NCBI GenBank assembly: GCA_965655095.1
Contig: OZ296650.1
Span: 71,362,001-71,426,000 of the forward strand
DNA: 64,000 bases
Direction of reading: 5' to 3'
Source: Haplodiscus bocki
Taxonomy: Eukaryota
Positions 52,901 through 64,000 of this stretch are shown here, piece by piece. The notes under the pieces are model-generated. The model was not told the DNA's origin and did not search any database. It worked only from the letters and a program-made list of their open reading frames with translations. Each line of letters begins with the position of its first letter. Position 1 is the first letter of the stretch. A program made the translations under genes and the position numbers.

Positions 52901-54900
52901 AAAATGCGTGAGCGCTAACAGTACAAAAATTGGCAAGGTTGTCTTACTTTTTTTCACTTGTTTTCATAGGTAGTTTTCAATGGGGAGTAAAAAGCAAAAG
53001 TGTGTTTCTTCATGTATTGATAATGGTTCTCCTTGGACACGGATATCTGTTTCTTCTGTCAGTATGTCAATTGTGACGGATACTCCACATTGGGTAATAA
53101 GGATGGATAGACTGAGTACAAACGGAAACTGAAGTTTTCATGTTTTTCATAGGAAAAGTTTTGTGAAATCTGATTGGAAAATCGTGAAAAGCATCCTCAA
53201 TATCTTCAAACAAAACACTGCAGAGCTGAAACTTCTGAATTTTCTGTGCTTTTTTTTGAGGAGCATCGCCTGAACGTTGTCGTATCAATGCATGTGCAAG
53301 AAAGAAAAATAAGCTTTCAAATACCATAAGTGCAGGCATTGAATTTTGTATTGTTCCGAGCTACAATGGTGTTGTTTCATAATATGATAACTGTATAGTT
53401 TGATATCACAAGTTGGAGATACAGAAAAGTCTAAAAAGTTCTTTATTTTGTTTCCGAATAAGGATGTAAAAACCAAATGTGTTCTGGTTTTCATAAAGAT
53501 CCTAAAACCTTGCACGTGAAACAAAATAAGGATTTTATGGGTGAGATAATGCCCAAGATACTGGTGATTGAACTAGAAATATCAAACCACTGAAATCATG
53601 CTTTTGTCGTCTTTTTGATAGTTGAACAGTAACATGAGAAAGTTTCACGAACAATACATGATACCAAAATTGATCAAGTTGATAATTTGCATCAATACCA
53701 AAACTTTTGCTGAAATGTAACAATTCCTATTGCACTATGGATTGCGGCTGGTGAAAAATAACTGAAGGGGATCTTTTTCAATCGGCTTGGGGATTAACCA
53801 AAAATGTTCATCAAAAATCTTGCAAGGAGCAGTTAGATCGTCGGGATTATCATTACATGCGAATGGATTTGCTTCATCAAAAAGTTGTCAAGTATTTGGG
53901 TTGACATAACGGACGGTTTCTTGGTTGAATTTGGGCGCTTCGTTAAAGTAAATATCACTGACGTAGAAGGGATGCAATTGACGAAAGAATACATAAAAAG
54001 AAGTCACAAAAATTTAAATTCATCGAGATCTTCAACAACTTCCAGCTCAATAGAAACCTAAAGCCCAGTGGTTTTCAACTGACGTTGCGAGAAATCATGA
54101 AAGCTGGGATATTTCTAACACAAAAATTATATGTTAGCATTGTGCTTCGTGTTTTTTTCAAGGCTTGTGGACAATCAATTTTTGTAAAAAGCTGCAATTT
54201 AAACTCGACCGTGGCGAATTGCGTGTTGTCTACAAGCACCGTTGAAAGGAAAACGGTAAAAATTTCAGAAGATCCCACAACTCAGTGAAGGCCCTAAACT
54301 GATCAAAATTTTGGTTGTATGATCAAACGCAACAATTGTTTTATTCAGAGGACACTATGAAACCCCTAGTAAATGTCACAAAGAGAACAGTGTTTTGAGT
54401 GCTGATAACAGGGTCACATTTTTGACCAGGGATTTGGTTAGATAAAAAACTTGCAAAAAGGCCATTTTTGTTCAAATTTACTAACGGGTGTTTTTTGATG
54501 ATATGCATAGCGCCTAACTTGATTCAAACTAGGATGTGATTGTGTGTCTGAAAGAGAAACAGACTGTTTCACAACAATCACAGGAGTGTAGTTAAGTCAG
54601 TTGGACAAAAACTACTTGAGACGGAAACATATAGCGGAGAGCTCATGCAAACCTACATTGTTGAGAGGAGTTTGTATTTAGTTTGCAAAATCCTTTTCCA
54701 CGGAAACATGGAAGAGTCTTACAATCGCACTCAAGCCAACGTTTTCTTTGGTTTCAAAATAAACTTCTTGAGAAAACTTCAAGTCACGGGTTTAAGACCA
54801 ACACTTCATTTTACACAGCAAGTGTTTTTTGAAAAACGAATTTTTCGAGGTTAGGAAACCAGTCATTATCAGATGGCAGTTAGGTGAATAATCAAGCAAA

Positions 54901-55242
54901 TCAACAGTTAAAGCGTGAACGCATAAAGGTCCTTGAGCTTGACCAAGATATCATTGAAGTTGAATATTGTGAAAGTAAGAAAACACAAGTGATTTGAATT
55001 AGTTTAAATTCAATGGTAACATTTAGAGGACGAATTATGCCTTTACTCTCAGCAGGGTCGAGTGTAAAAGGTGTTGCCATAGAACTATCATAACGGGACT
55101 TTCGGTCTACTCTCACATAAATGGTGAATGAATTCAGATTACAAACGAATTGTTCAGCACCAACTGTAGCTTCAAGTTTCCAAGCAAACAAACGACTATT
55201 GTTTGCAGAAACCTGGTAACATGCGGAAGTGTTGTAGGTCAC
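54901..55242 (-). pseudogene. Possible Polinton major capsid protein C-terminal remnant
   Basis: KGIIRPLNVTIEF...CVFLLSQYSTSMI resembles the C-terminal strands of double jelly-roll capsids; weak, by eye. Confidence 0.3.
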
Positions 55243-58200
55243 TGGTTGCTTGGGTACGTTAATAGACGCGTGTTAAAGGCTATTTTGTCAAAATTTTCAG
55301 CGAGTGCAATCACAGTGAGATGCAACTAGTTGTGAAGCAACAGAATTTTTGTTTGGAATACGCTAAGGAACTTAAAAAGGTAGACATGCAGGAAGGTGAG
55401 AACAGGAAAACAGTTTTTCGATGGGTTTTGGACATGTGTTTTTGTTTTATTTCTTAGAGTGTTGTGAATATGAGTAATAGCGTTTTTAAATTAATAAATT
55501 ATTTTTTTGAAAACAAGCAACTATAGAGATATTGTTGATTTTGATCTGGGATTATTCACAATATCGTTGCAATTGGCAGTTTTATGTGCAATAGACTAAG
55601 ACCTAATTTCGTGTCGAAGATTTTACAACTAATCTTTCCTTCGTGAAGATCAAGTCTTACCAAAAAATAGCGTATAGAGGATTTTCAGAAACCAAAAAAC
55701 AGAAGCGTGTGGACAATAAAATCTTTTGTGTTGTTTTTTGAAAATTACGATGCAGTATCAACTGGGTGAGGACCAAAACAGACTCTGGTTGAGTTCAAGA
55801 TTTTCAGGTTGCAATCTTTTTAATGGCTTTTGTCCACGAGGGATTAAAAGTCCTAGAATATAATCACTTTTAGGGGCATATAATCAATTTTAGGGGCATC
55901 TATTGAAAGAAAATGCGCGTCCTTTCCAGAACGGTAAAGTCTTTTTTTTGAATATCACAAAGATACTCGTACTCTGTTAGAGTTGGGGTTCAGACAGTTC
56001 TGAGAGTGTATAATGGAGCAAATCTGCACAAAAAGTTTGAAGGTTGGAAAAAGAGACCAGAAAAGATAATTTACCGGTTCCGCTTAGGTTATGAGTTATC
56101 AGAAACAATGCACTTGGAGGTTTTTAAACCAGTTGTCGTCAGTGAGAAGGATTTTATATTTTGGAAAGGAGGAGTACAGTCACGAGATGGTGGTATATTC
56201 TCAGAACTTAAAGCAGAATTGGACGCAGAGCTAACAGGTTGTTGGTTTAATGAAAATGGTTCTTTCTTTACGAGGTATATCTGCGAAAGTTCCTGGTTGT
56301 CATGTCGGATGGGATTTCGCCATTTCAGTATCTTCTTTGGAACGGATGGATGAAAGGCGGTAAAAAGAGAGTTCCACAGAATAGGAATTACAATAGGATT
56401 CTGTTTGAAGCTTTATATTTGTGTTTATGGAAAGGCGTCTCTCAAAATTCAAGGAGAAAAAGTAATCAGGTGGTGTGGTAGGACGGAATTTGGATGGACT
56501 CGGAGCAGATAGATGTATGAACTCCAAAATTACCGGAAGAAAATACAAGAAGTTTTTATCTTTTAGGGGTGTGGATAAAGTTTTTAAAGGCTAATGTGTT
56601 TGCGTTTACGTTTGAATGGCAGTCTGATTTGGAGTTGTTCCAGCAGAATCAGAATCCGCAATACGACCATGGGATTGAGTTGGTAGTAACAAAAGATTTT
56701 CTATGGAAACGTGTACAAAGTAGGGTTAGTTTGAACGTCAAAAATTCAGGTAGTAGTGTGGCTTGTAAAATCTAAATCGGTTATTAGTGAATCAAAAATT
56801 GTAAAATCAAAGAACATCCAGTATCACAAAAAAATGTTTTGTGTAACTGGTTTGTTGAATTTTTATGTTTCTTGTTACAAAGTTAGTTTGTTGAATGGGT
56901 TACACTATTTTTTGATGGAGAGGTTTTGTAGTTTGTCAACACTGGAATGAGCAGATTTTGATACGGTGTCCTTGTTTGTGGAAAAAATCACCAGATTATC
57001 GGTATCAGAGAATAATAGTTGGTAAGCGGTAAGCGGCTGTAGTGATTGAAGGCAAATAGTGGAAGTGACAGATGAGTGATTGTGCTGACTTGTTGTATAA
57101 ACTGCACTATGGCTGTTATATAGAAAACAATGAAAATCAAATGAAGATTGGCTGTTTAAAGACATGTTTCACTCAAGGATTTCATTAAAAAAAACAGGTA
57201 AATCGCGGTCAAGGTTGACAAGATTTGATTTTCAAAAAGTTGCGAATGCACGAAAAATTGTTTTGTTTCCTTTCGGATGTGTCGATTTGTTATTTTGGTG
57301 ACGTTTCTTTTCTTCTAGGGTAGATTCACTTGACAAAGATAACAACAACCATGGCTTAATTTGTTTCCAATGAGGGTCTCACGATAAGAGTGAGGATCGT
57401 CAGGTTTTGAAAACAGCCCAAAATCTGAAAGACTGCCTATCGGGGTGTCACACGTAGAGAAAATATTTCACATGGTTTTCGGTAGACTCTGTTGCGAAAA
57501 TTCATCTTTTTCGATTGCTGCCTGAGATTAATGTTCATCAGAGATGAAATGCAAACGTTCAATTAAAGGAGGTGAGAAGGAAACGTAGAACTTTGACACT
57601 GGAGATAAGCTTCTAAAACGGGTTCTCTTTAAATATTAGTGGTTATACGATTGAAATGATTTTGAACGGTGGAATCTTCGTGGGACAGACATTTTTAATT
57701 AACAGTAGGAATTATTTGTTTATTTTGTTTTAGCTATGAGGAGCGGTTTCTCTCTGTTGGAAAAATGAACACATTCAGAACTCTTTTGTGGCACAAATGA
57801 ATTCATTAATCGTGTACCTACAAAATGTCCTGGAGAAGGAAAATGGACTATTTTCATTTTTGTCACAGTGTAGATGGAAAATGGAAGAGGTGAGATATGT
57901 TTCAAACATAGACAAGCAAGAATGGGTTGTCACACTATACGGGAGGGAATGGAGATTTTTTTTTCGAATTACGCGAACTATCTGGAAATTCGGAACAAAA
58001 TTGAGATACACATGTGCTTTTGCTGTCTCCAACTGAAAATGATTAAAAATATAAAGGAATTAGATGCTATAAAGGGAAAACTTTGTAAAAAAGGCTGACA
58101 GTAGTGGACGGACTAATAATATATTTTATGGACATGAGCAAGCGTTTGGTTTAAACAGCCTAAATGAAATTGTTTTGTGATGGAAAAAACTTCTCATGTG

Positions 58201-59369
58201 AGTATTCTTTTTTCCACTTTGGAGCTCGACAAATCCAATTTTCTGTATAAAATCTGATGTACGTGGTGCATGATAGATATTGAAAAAACTGCGAAACATT
58301 GAAAATTGGAATCAGGACCTCGATCACACACAAAAATTAAAGAGAAACCAAAAATAGGAATCCACTTGGTCATTGGTGTCAGTGTACCAGCAGTCTTTCT
58401 TAGTTGTCGTTTTTGAGGATGAAGACAATGAAACTACTGTTACCTCCAAAAACGACTTGAAATTAGCGGTATCCTCAGACGATGTTAACGGCCGGCCTTT
58501 GTATCGAAGAACTTTTCAAAAATGAAATTTGGTGCTTTTTCAACAAAAATTAGTTATGGGGCTGTTTCTTTTCATAAAACAGTGAGCACTTCGGTTTCTA
58601 GAACAGTGAGGATTACAACACTCCTATTTTGGAAATTTAGAATTGTCAGTGAGAATTTAGTTTCTAGTATTTGAGGTATGGGGTTGATTTTGGTAACGTT
58701 CTTTCCTATCTCATTTTCAATGAGATGTTGGGTGAAAAATTAAGAAAATTCAGACAAAAATGGGTTATCAAAAAGATCAGAATCTATTCCATCAGACTTG
58801 CAGTCAAAATTATTCTAGTGAAAAGTGTTTGTGATACAGATTTTTTTCTGTTATTAGAATAATTTCGAAACGCATGTTGAATACTTAAGGTGTGCAAAGC
58901 TTTCAAAAAACTTTACATCTGAAAAATGGTGAAATATGTAAAGCAACTTTGTCAACATTTACATCTGAAGAGTTTGGGCTTGTCTTTGGTATTTTGCTTA
59001 AAAATAACGTCAACATCATCGCCTTGAACATCAGTTCCGTTTTGCAATGCAGATTGTTGAAGTGATCTTTTGTTATTTCTTTAATGTTTTTTTTTCTGTT
59101 TAAACTCTCAAACAGAGCTACAAACAAACATCAACGAAGTTCGTGGTGTCGAGTCTGGAATTCTTTTCCATTGTTATTGCTACGAATCAAAAAGCGATCA
59201 CTTCCGCAGTCAGCTGGGACTAGAGGCAGTCTTTTTTTGTTTTGGTGTATTTTATTCAATTTTTTCGGGCTGAATCTGCAATAAAAAATGTTTTTTGATT
59301 TTACAAACGTTTCTGTTTACTTTGGCGAGTAACACAAACTTCATTCGCATACCTGCCTTTTTCAAGCCT

Positions 59370-62000
59370 TAAAGGCAAAATGTTTTTGAAGGTGTCCATA
59401 CGTTTTTCAAATTAAAAGGTTTCGTATTTGGCATTTCGGTATCGATTAACTCTGGGATCACGATCACCATTACGACTAAAGGGATATAATAGTTTTCGAT
59501 TGTCAATAAAAACAGTGCTGCAGAAACCACGGTCTTTAAATTTGACTTCATGGCATTTGTATAACCAGCAAGGGCAGGTTATGCTCTATGTCTGATTGGT
59601 TCTTTTGTCCTTGAATAGATAGAAGTCGAGAATTGAAAGTTTTAGTTTTCATATTCGGTTCATTGTTTAACTAAATTTTTCGGGGCATCTGTAAACAAAA
59701 CACTTTTGCCCCCAGTTAGGTAGTCACCCAATATAATATAAATTGTCTATTATCTTACGTATTGTTAATTTGGTGTCTGCCGCAGTAAACAAGTGTTTTT
59801 TGAATTACTGCACTAATTCGCCCATCTTCTGAAACGTAGCATCATTATGAAAATCATGAAAGGGTTGAAGTAGCGTTGGACGTCTTTTTAGACTTCGTAA
59901 AAAAATTCCTGGGACAGACAACTTTCAAAATACTTCTTTCTATTTGAGGTTGATGATAAAAAATGCATTGTGGCAGCCTTGCATTGGGTTGGCCCAATAA
60001 TGTTAGAACCTTCTTCATGTACAAAAAAATCGCATTCAAAAACTCAGAAAAAGACTGATTGGCTCACTTTTCAAGTTTTCTTTATCTTTTTTGCTTAATT
60101 TTGTGACACGAATGCATTTGATTTTTCGAATGAGCCAAATTTTGGCTGTCAGTATTATAAAACTAATGCCCTGCTGGACCTTTTAAATGCTTGAGAAAGA
60201 ACACTTTTGCTTAGAAAAGGAAACCTGCAAGTTTTTTGACAAAATGAAAACCAAGAAACAGAGCAAGAAAAGTTTCACCTGTAGAAACTCCTGCTATTTC
60301 AATTGTTTATTCATCATTAAGAACGATTATCTATGCATACAAAGTTAAACTTCTAGTTTGTTTTTTTTTCACGAGCTGTTGGTAAAACTATACTTTTCGG
60401 GGCCAGGATCGAAAATTTGTTAATTGTTTGAGTCGGGATGTCGAGCAATCAAAACAACTTTGATAGTTTCCTCCTGGGATAAAAGTAGGAAAACGTAAAA
60501 ACGTGGTCCCATAAGCGTTAGCTTAATCATTCGATTAGCCTCTTGGACAACAAAATCCATTTTTTTTTCATTTTTCAAAGGAGATAACTTCTTTTCGCGT
60601 TAATGAATTGGAACTTTTTTTAAGCGTAGAGTTAATTCTTCAAGCGTACTTTCATAAACCAATTGCGAGAAGTTGGATGTCTTTCCCCATGTCATCTCGG
60701 TGGGTAGCGTAACAAATTCTGTTGGTGATTTGAAGTTGAAAAAAAATTAAGTAGTTATCATCAGAAAGATCTAAGAAATTGAATTTGCTTAGTCCTACAA
60801 ACTGGACTCTTTTGGGAAGAGTTTGTTCGTTTTGGAAAAACTTGTGTTTTTTACTGATGTTTTTTTCGAACAAAGATTAAAACTGAAGGGTGAATGATTT
60901 TTTTTTTCTGGAAAATTGAGTACGAAGAACTTTACATTTAATATCGGCAATTGCAACAGGAAATGTGAAACATCTAGATAATTCTTCGATAGGTGTATAG
61001 GAAGTTTAGTTGAAATAGTGTATAGAAGATGTTTCAGTTCCAATCGCAACTATTTTCCAAGGGTGATATTCAAAAGTTAGGAAAAGTGGAATTTGAAGCT
61101 GTCAGTCATGGCTGTTTAAGTTTGTCAGCTCAACAAATAGGTAGATGCAGCGCTACTTTTCACAAAAAATTACATCGTTTCCTGAAACTAAGGATGAGAA
61201 GTTTGTTTGTATTATTAGTAAAGCGTGGGCAGACTAATCTAAAAGGCAGTTTGCAGCAGGTTCAACTGATTTAGAGAATGATTTTGGAATTAGTTGAATA
61301 TTTATAACATTGTTTATGCTATTCTCACAGCTGAATTTCAAAAGTTTGCGTAGGTAAAGATTTGTCAAGATTCATTACGCCAGCCCTTTTTGACACTTGT
61401 TATATACTGGTGACCATAGTTATTATTTTTTTGATAAGTGTATGCACTTCTTTTTGAGAGTGATGTGAATTTTTTCCAGAAGAAGAAATTTGTTGACAAA
61501 ATTGAGCAAATAAACTCCAATAGCATATAAAACTTTCGTGAAGACGTGTTTACTAGCGTGATGGTGAAATTTTCAGGGAAGGAACAATCTTTGAAAACCA
61601 TACATATTGTTTGCAAAATTAAATATTATCATTGAAGTCGTTTGGTGGGCCCAGTTGAAAATAATTTTGAACGCCAATACTTTTTATATAAACGTCTATG
61701 GGATTTTTTACAAACTAAACAAGCAAAACTTTCGAACGGTTCGTAGATAGAAGCATATGGTTTGGAACTGAACCAGAGACTGGGTTCGGAACAAAAACGT
61801 GGACGTGAAGGAGGCGTGAAATCCATTTTGGGATTCGGTGTCGAAGTTTTAAAGGAACTGGGCTTGTATTTTGGGAGTCATGGTTTTTCGTACAGTGTTG
61901 ATAAAGTTGAGAAGGGCGATGCATGGAGAGATTGGTTTGAAAAATTTCTGTTTTAAACTTTTGAATTGTTTTCATTTTCTTTGTTTTTTTACTTTTGGTG
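59370..62000 (-). pseudogene. Second decayed Polinton-like block: pPolB remnant (~60300-62000) followed by penton/minor-capsid-like remnant (~59370-59750)
   Basis: IYEPF...(GGPSIVF-like), HRDDMG (SRxDIG-like), IARHPDSN...FTNSS (ARR.GD.N...LANSSYG-like), YLTGGKSVLF and ELIDTE...PF (penton-like). Confidence 0.38.
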
Positions 62001-64000
62001 AAAAATCAACGTGATTCGGTATGAAGATATGGAATTCATTTGGTTTCGCATATATAATTCAGATTTGTGAGTTGGGCCTGTTGACAGATTTGGTTACACT
62101 GGGGGCTAGGTAAAATTTCGGGTTTGTTTGACTGTTTCATCTGAAGTTTGTGGAAAATTTCTAATAAAGCTCTGTATTTGTCTTGATTGTAACGGGGTAA
62201 ACTGACTCGTAGAAGAAACAGTAAATGTTGAATGTTGGTATCCTGTTTAGCAACAACGTAGAAGTGGAAACTATGGAATTACGGGAGACTTCTTGACTCA
62301 CATTTTCAGTTCTATCCCACGAAGAAGTTGGAGAAGTTAAGGATGAAGTGAGAGCATGAAATGCGACCATGCCTGTGTTTTTCAATCTGGCGACCATGCC
62401 TGTGTTGTAATTGTATTCCAAGGTAAAGTTTTGATTGACACACTCAAAACATTTGTGAATTTTTGAATAATTATGTGTATGTGGAAGGTAATCGAAGTTG
62501 GGTGATTTCTATCGTGTTTTTGGTGGAAGACTGCATAAAAATTGAGTGTTACTGGCAGTCAAATGTGTTGGAATTCCAATTTGGTTTACATTCTAAGCTG
62601 TTGCAGCAGTTCAAAGTGGAGAGCGTAATGTAGTTTGTAGAAAAGTTTTCGCTTGTGGGTTTGAATCTGGAAAACTCCGCCATATTTCAGACAATTTGCT
62701 GACGCCAACGTATCGGATACACTTGAAATCTTGTCAGTTGGAATTGTTGCTTCTCAAAGATCTGAAGAGACCTGAACATACATTGGTTTAGACTGAACGC
62801 AATATAAACATTCTGTGGTGTTTTCAGAAACTTATAGATGACAGGAATGTATGATTTTTTTGTCTATGAAAAACATTAAGATTAGATCTTGTTCAAAAGG
62901 GGATAGCAATTGTGCAAAACCTTGTTAATATTGTCCCATACTTAAAACTCCAAAAATGAATAGAACAACTTCCTTTATAAAAAAGGTAAAAAACTTGATT
63001 TGGTGAATTGTCTCTTGGATGAGGGTGGCATGCGAAGCTAGATTATATTCGAAAAGTTGGAGTTCAAAGGATCTATTTTGTACCAGATTTGAAGAATATT
63101 GTCATTTTTGACACTGTTTTCAGTTTTGGGAGGCTCAAAACATTTTTCCTTGTTTTTGTTCCAATAATATTCAAACTAATATTAAACGGTCAGTCAGTAC
63201 AAAAATACATTCACCTAAATGATGAAAGAAAATGGTAAATTCTTGGAAAAATCGAACATAAACCTCAATTGGGCTCACTTCTTTATGTACAGGGGAGTCA
63301 AGACCATTGGCATTCTCGAAAAACAAATGATTTTGTTGGTTGCTTTGATACCGAAGCATAAAAACGGTGATTTTTTAAAAAAACAAGCTTTAATGTCATA
63401 GTTTGATAGAACAGCGCGGGTTGAATTTCAGGAAACATTGCACCTGGCATGTTGAAATGTAAATTTTGTGCAAAAGGTCAAGCATTCGAAGTTGAAGCTG
63501 TTCGATGTCACTGGGTTCTTGTTAGTTCAAAAGGAAGAATGCTTGACGTATGCTCATGGTACGGTCTATCGACCATCCTTGCTAGAAAACAGAAAAAATT
63601 TCATTGGAATTGAATTGATAAAATATATGGCCGAATTGTTTCAAGTTAACAAAAATGGCATATTGAAATGAAAGTGGTAGAGAAATCTCCAAACGACTTT
63701 TGACGATATATCTTGATTCCAGGAGAAAACTGCCGATATGACGATGAGAGGGTAGATACAAATGTCAATGCCGAATGTAAAGGAACTAAATCAAATTATA
63801 TTTTGGGGAGGGTTTGAATTTTAAGTGAATACAGTTTTGAGAAATTGTTCGCAGAGCTCTGAAATTTCATCGATGGGTGAAAAAATCTGCTGAAATTGGA
63901 TAGGAGGATTTTAGTTTTACGTTTCACAGGACAAGAGATCGGCAAATGTCCGAACGTGATTCGGTGCTTATACCAGAAGTTTCTGAGATGACGGCTAAAC

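Noticed and set aside
57700-58600. Polinton packaging ATPase remnant (and a protease remnant near 53300)
   Set aside because: Similarity too faint to call by eye; no intact Walker or catalytic motifs.

Overview
This is AT-rich, intron-containing animal genomic DNA; the repeat landscape is tentatively acoel-like (recollection, not verified). The left 28 kb holds a minus-strand cytoplasmic alanyl-tRNA synthetase gene: 14 core exons at 22309..1 (~966 codons, stop just outside the window). Seven further exons upstream (27491..22637) splice in frame onto it with GT-AG junctions and matching phases. They add ~525 aa that resemble the N-terminal half of elongation factor eEF1B-delta (EEF1D): repeated W-x-D-x3-Y/F-x2-(A)E-x2-F/Y motifs, the 'ARENIQKSL'-like helix and the leucine zipper. 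No GEF domain follows; AlaRS takes its place. This apparent eEF1B-delta-N/AlaRS fusion is the main finding. Next come a composite tRNA-headed ~120-bp tandem repeat, an intronless ZNHIT2 gene, and a decayed LINE interrupted by a tandem Gypsy LTR element with a shared, apparently chimeric LTR. The rest contains a 200-N gap and ~20 kb of highly decayed Polinton/Maverick-like remnants. All exon boundaries and motif matches were made by eye.
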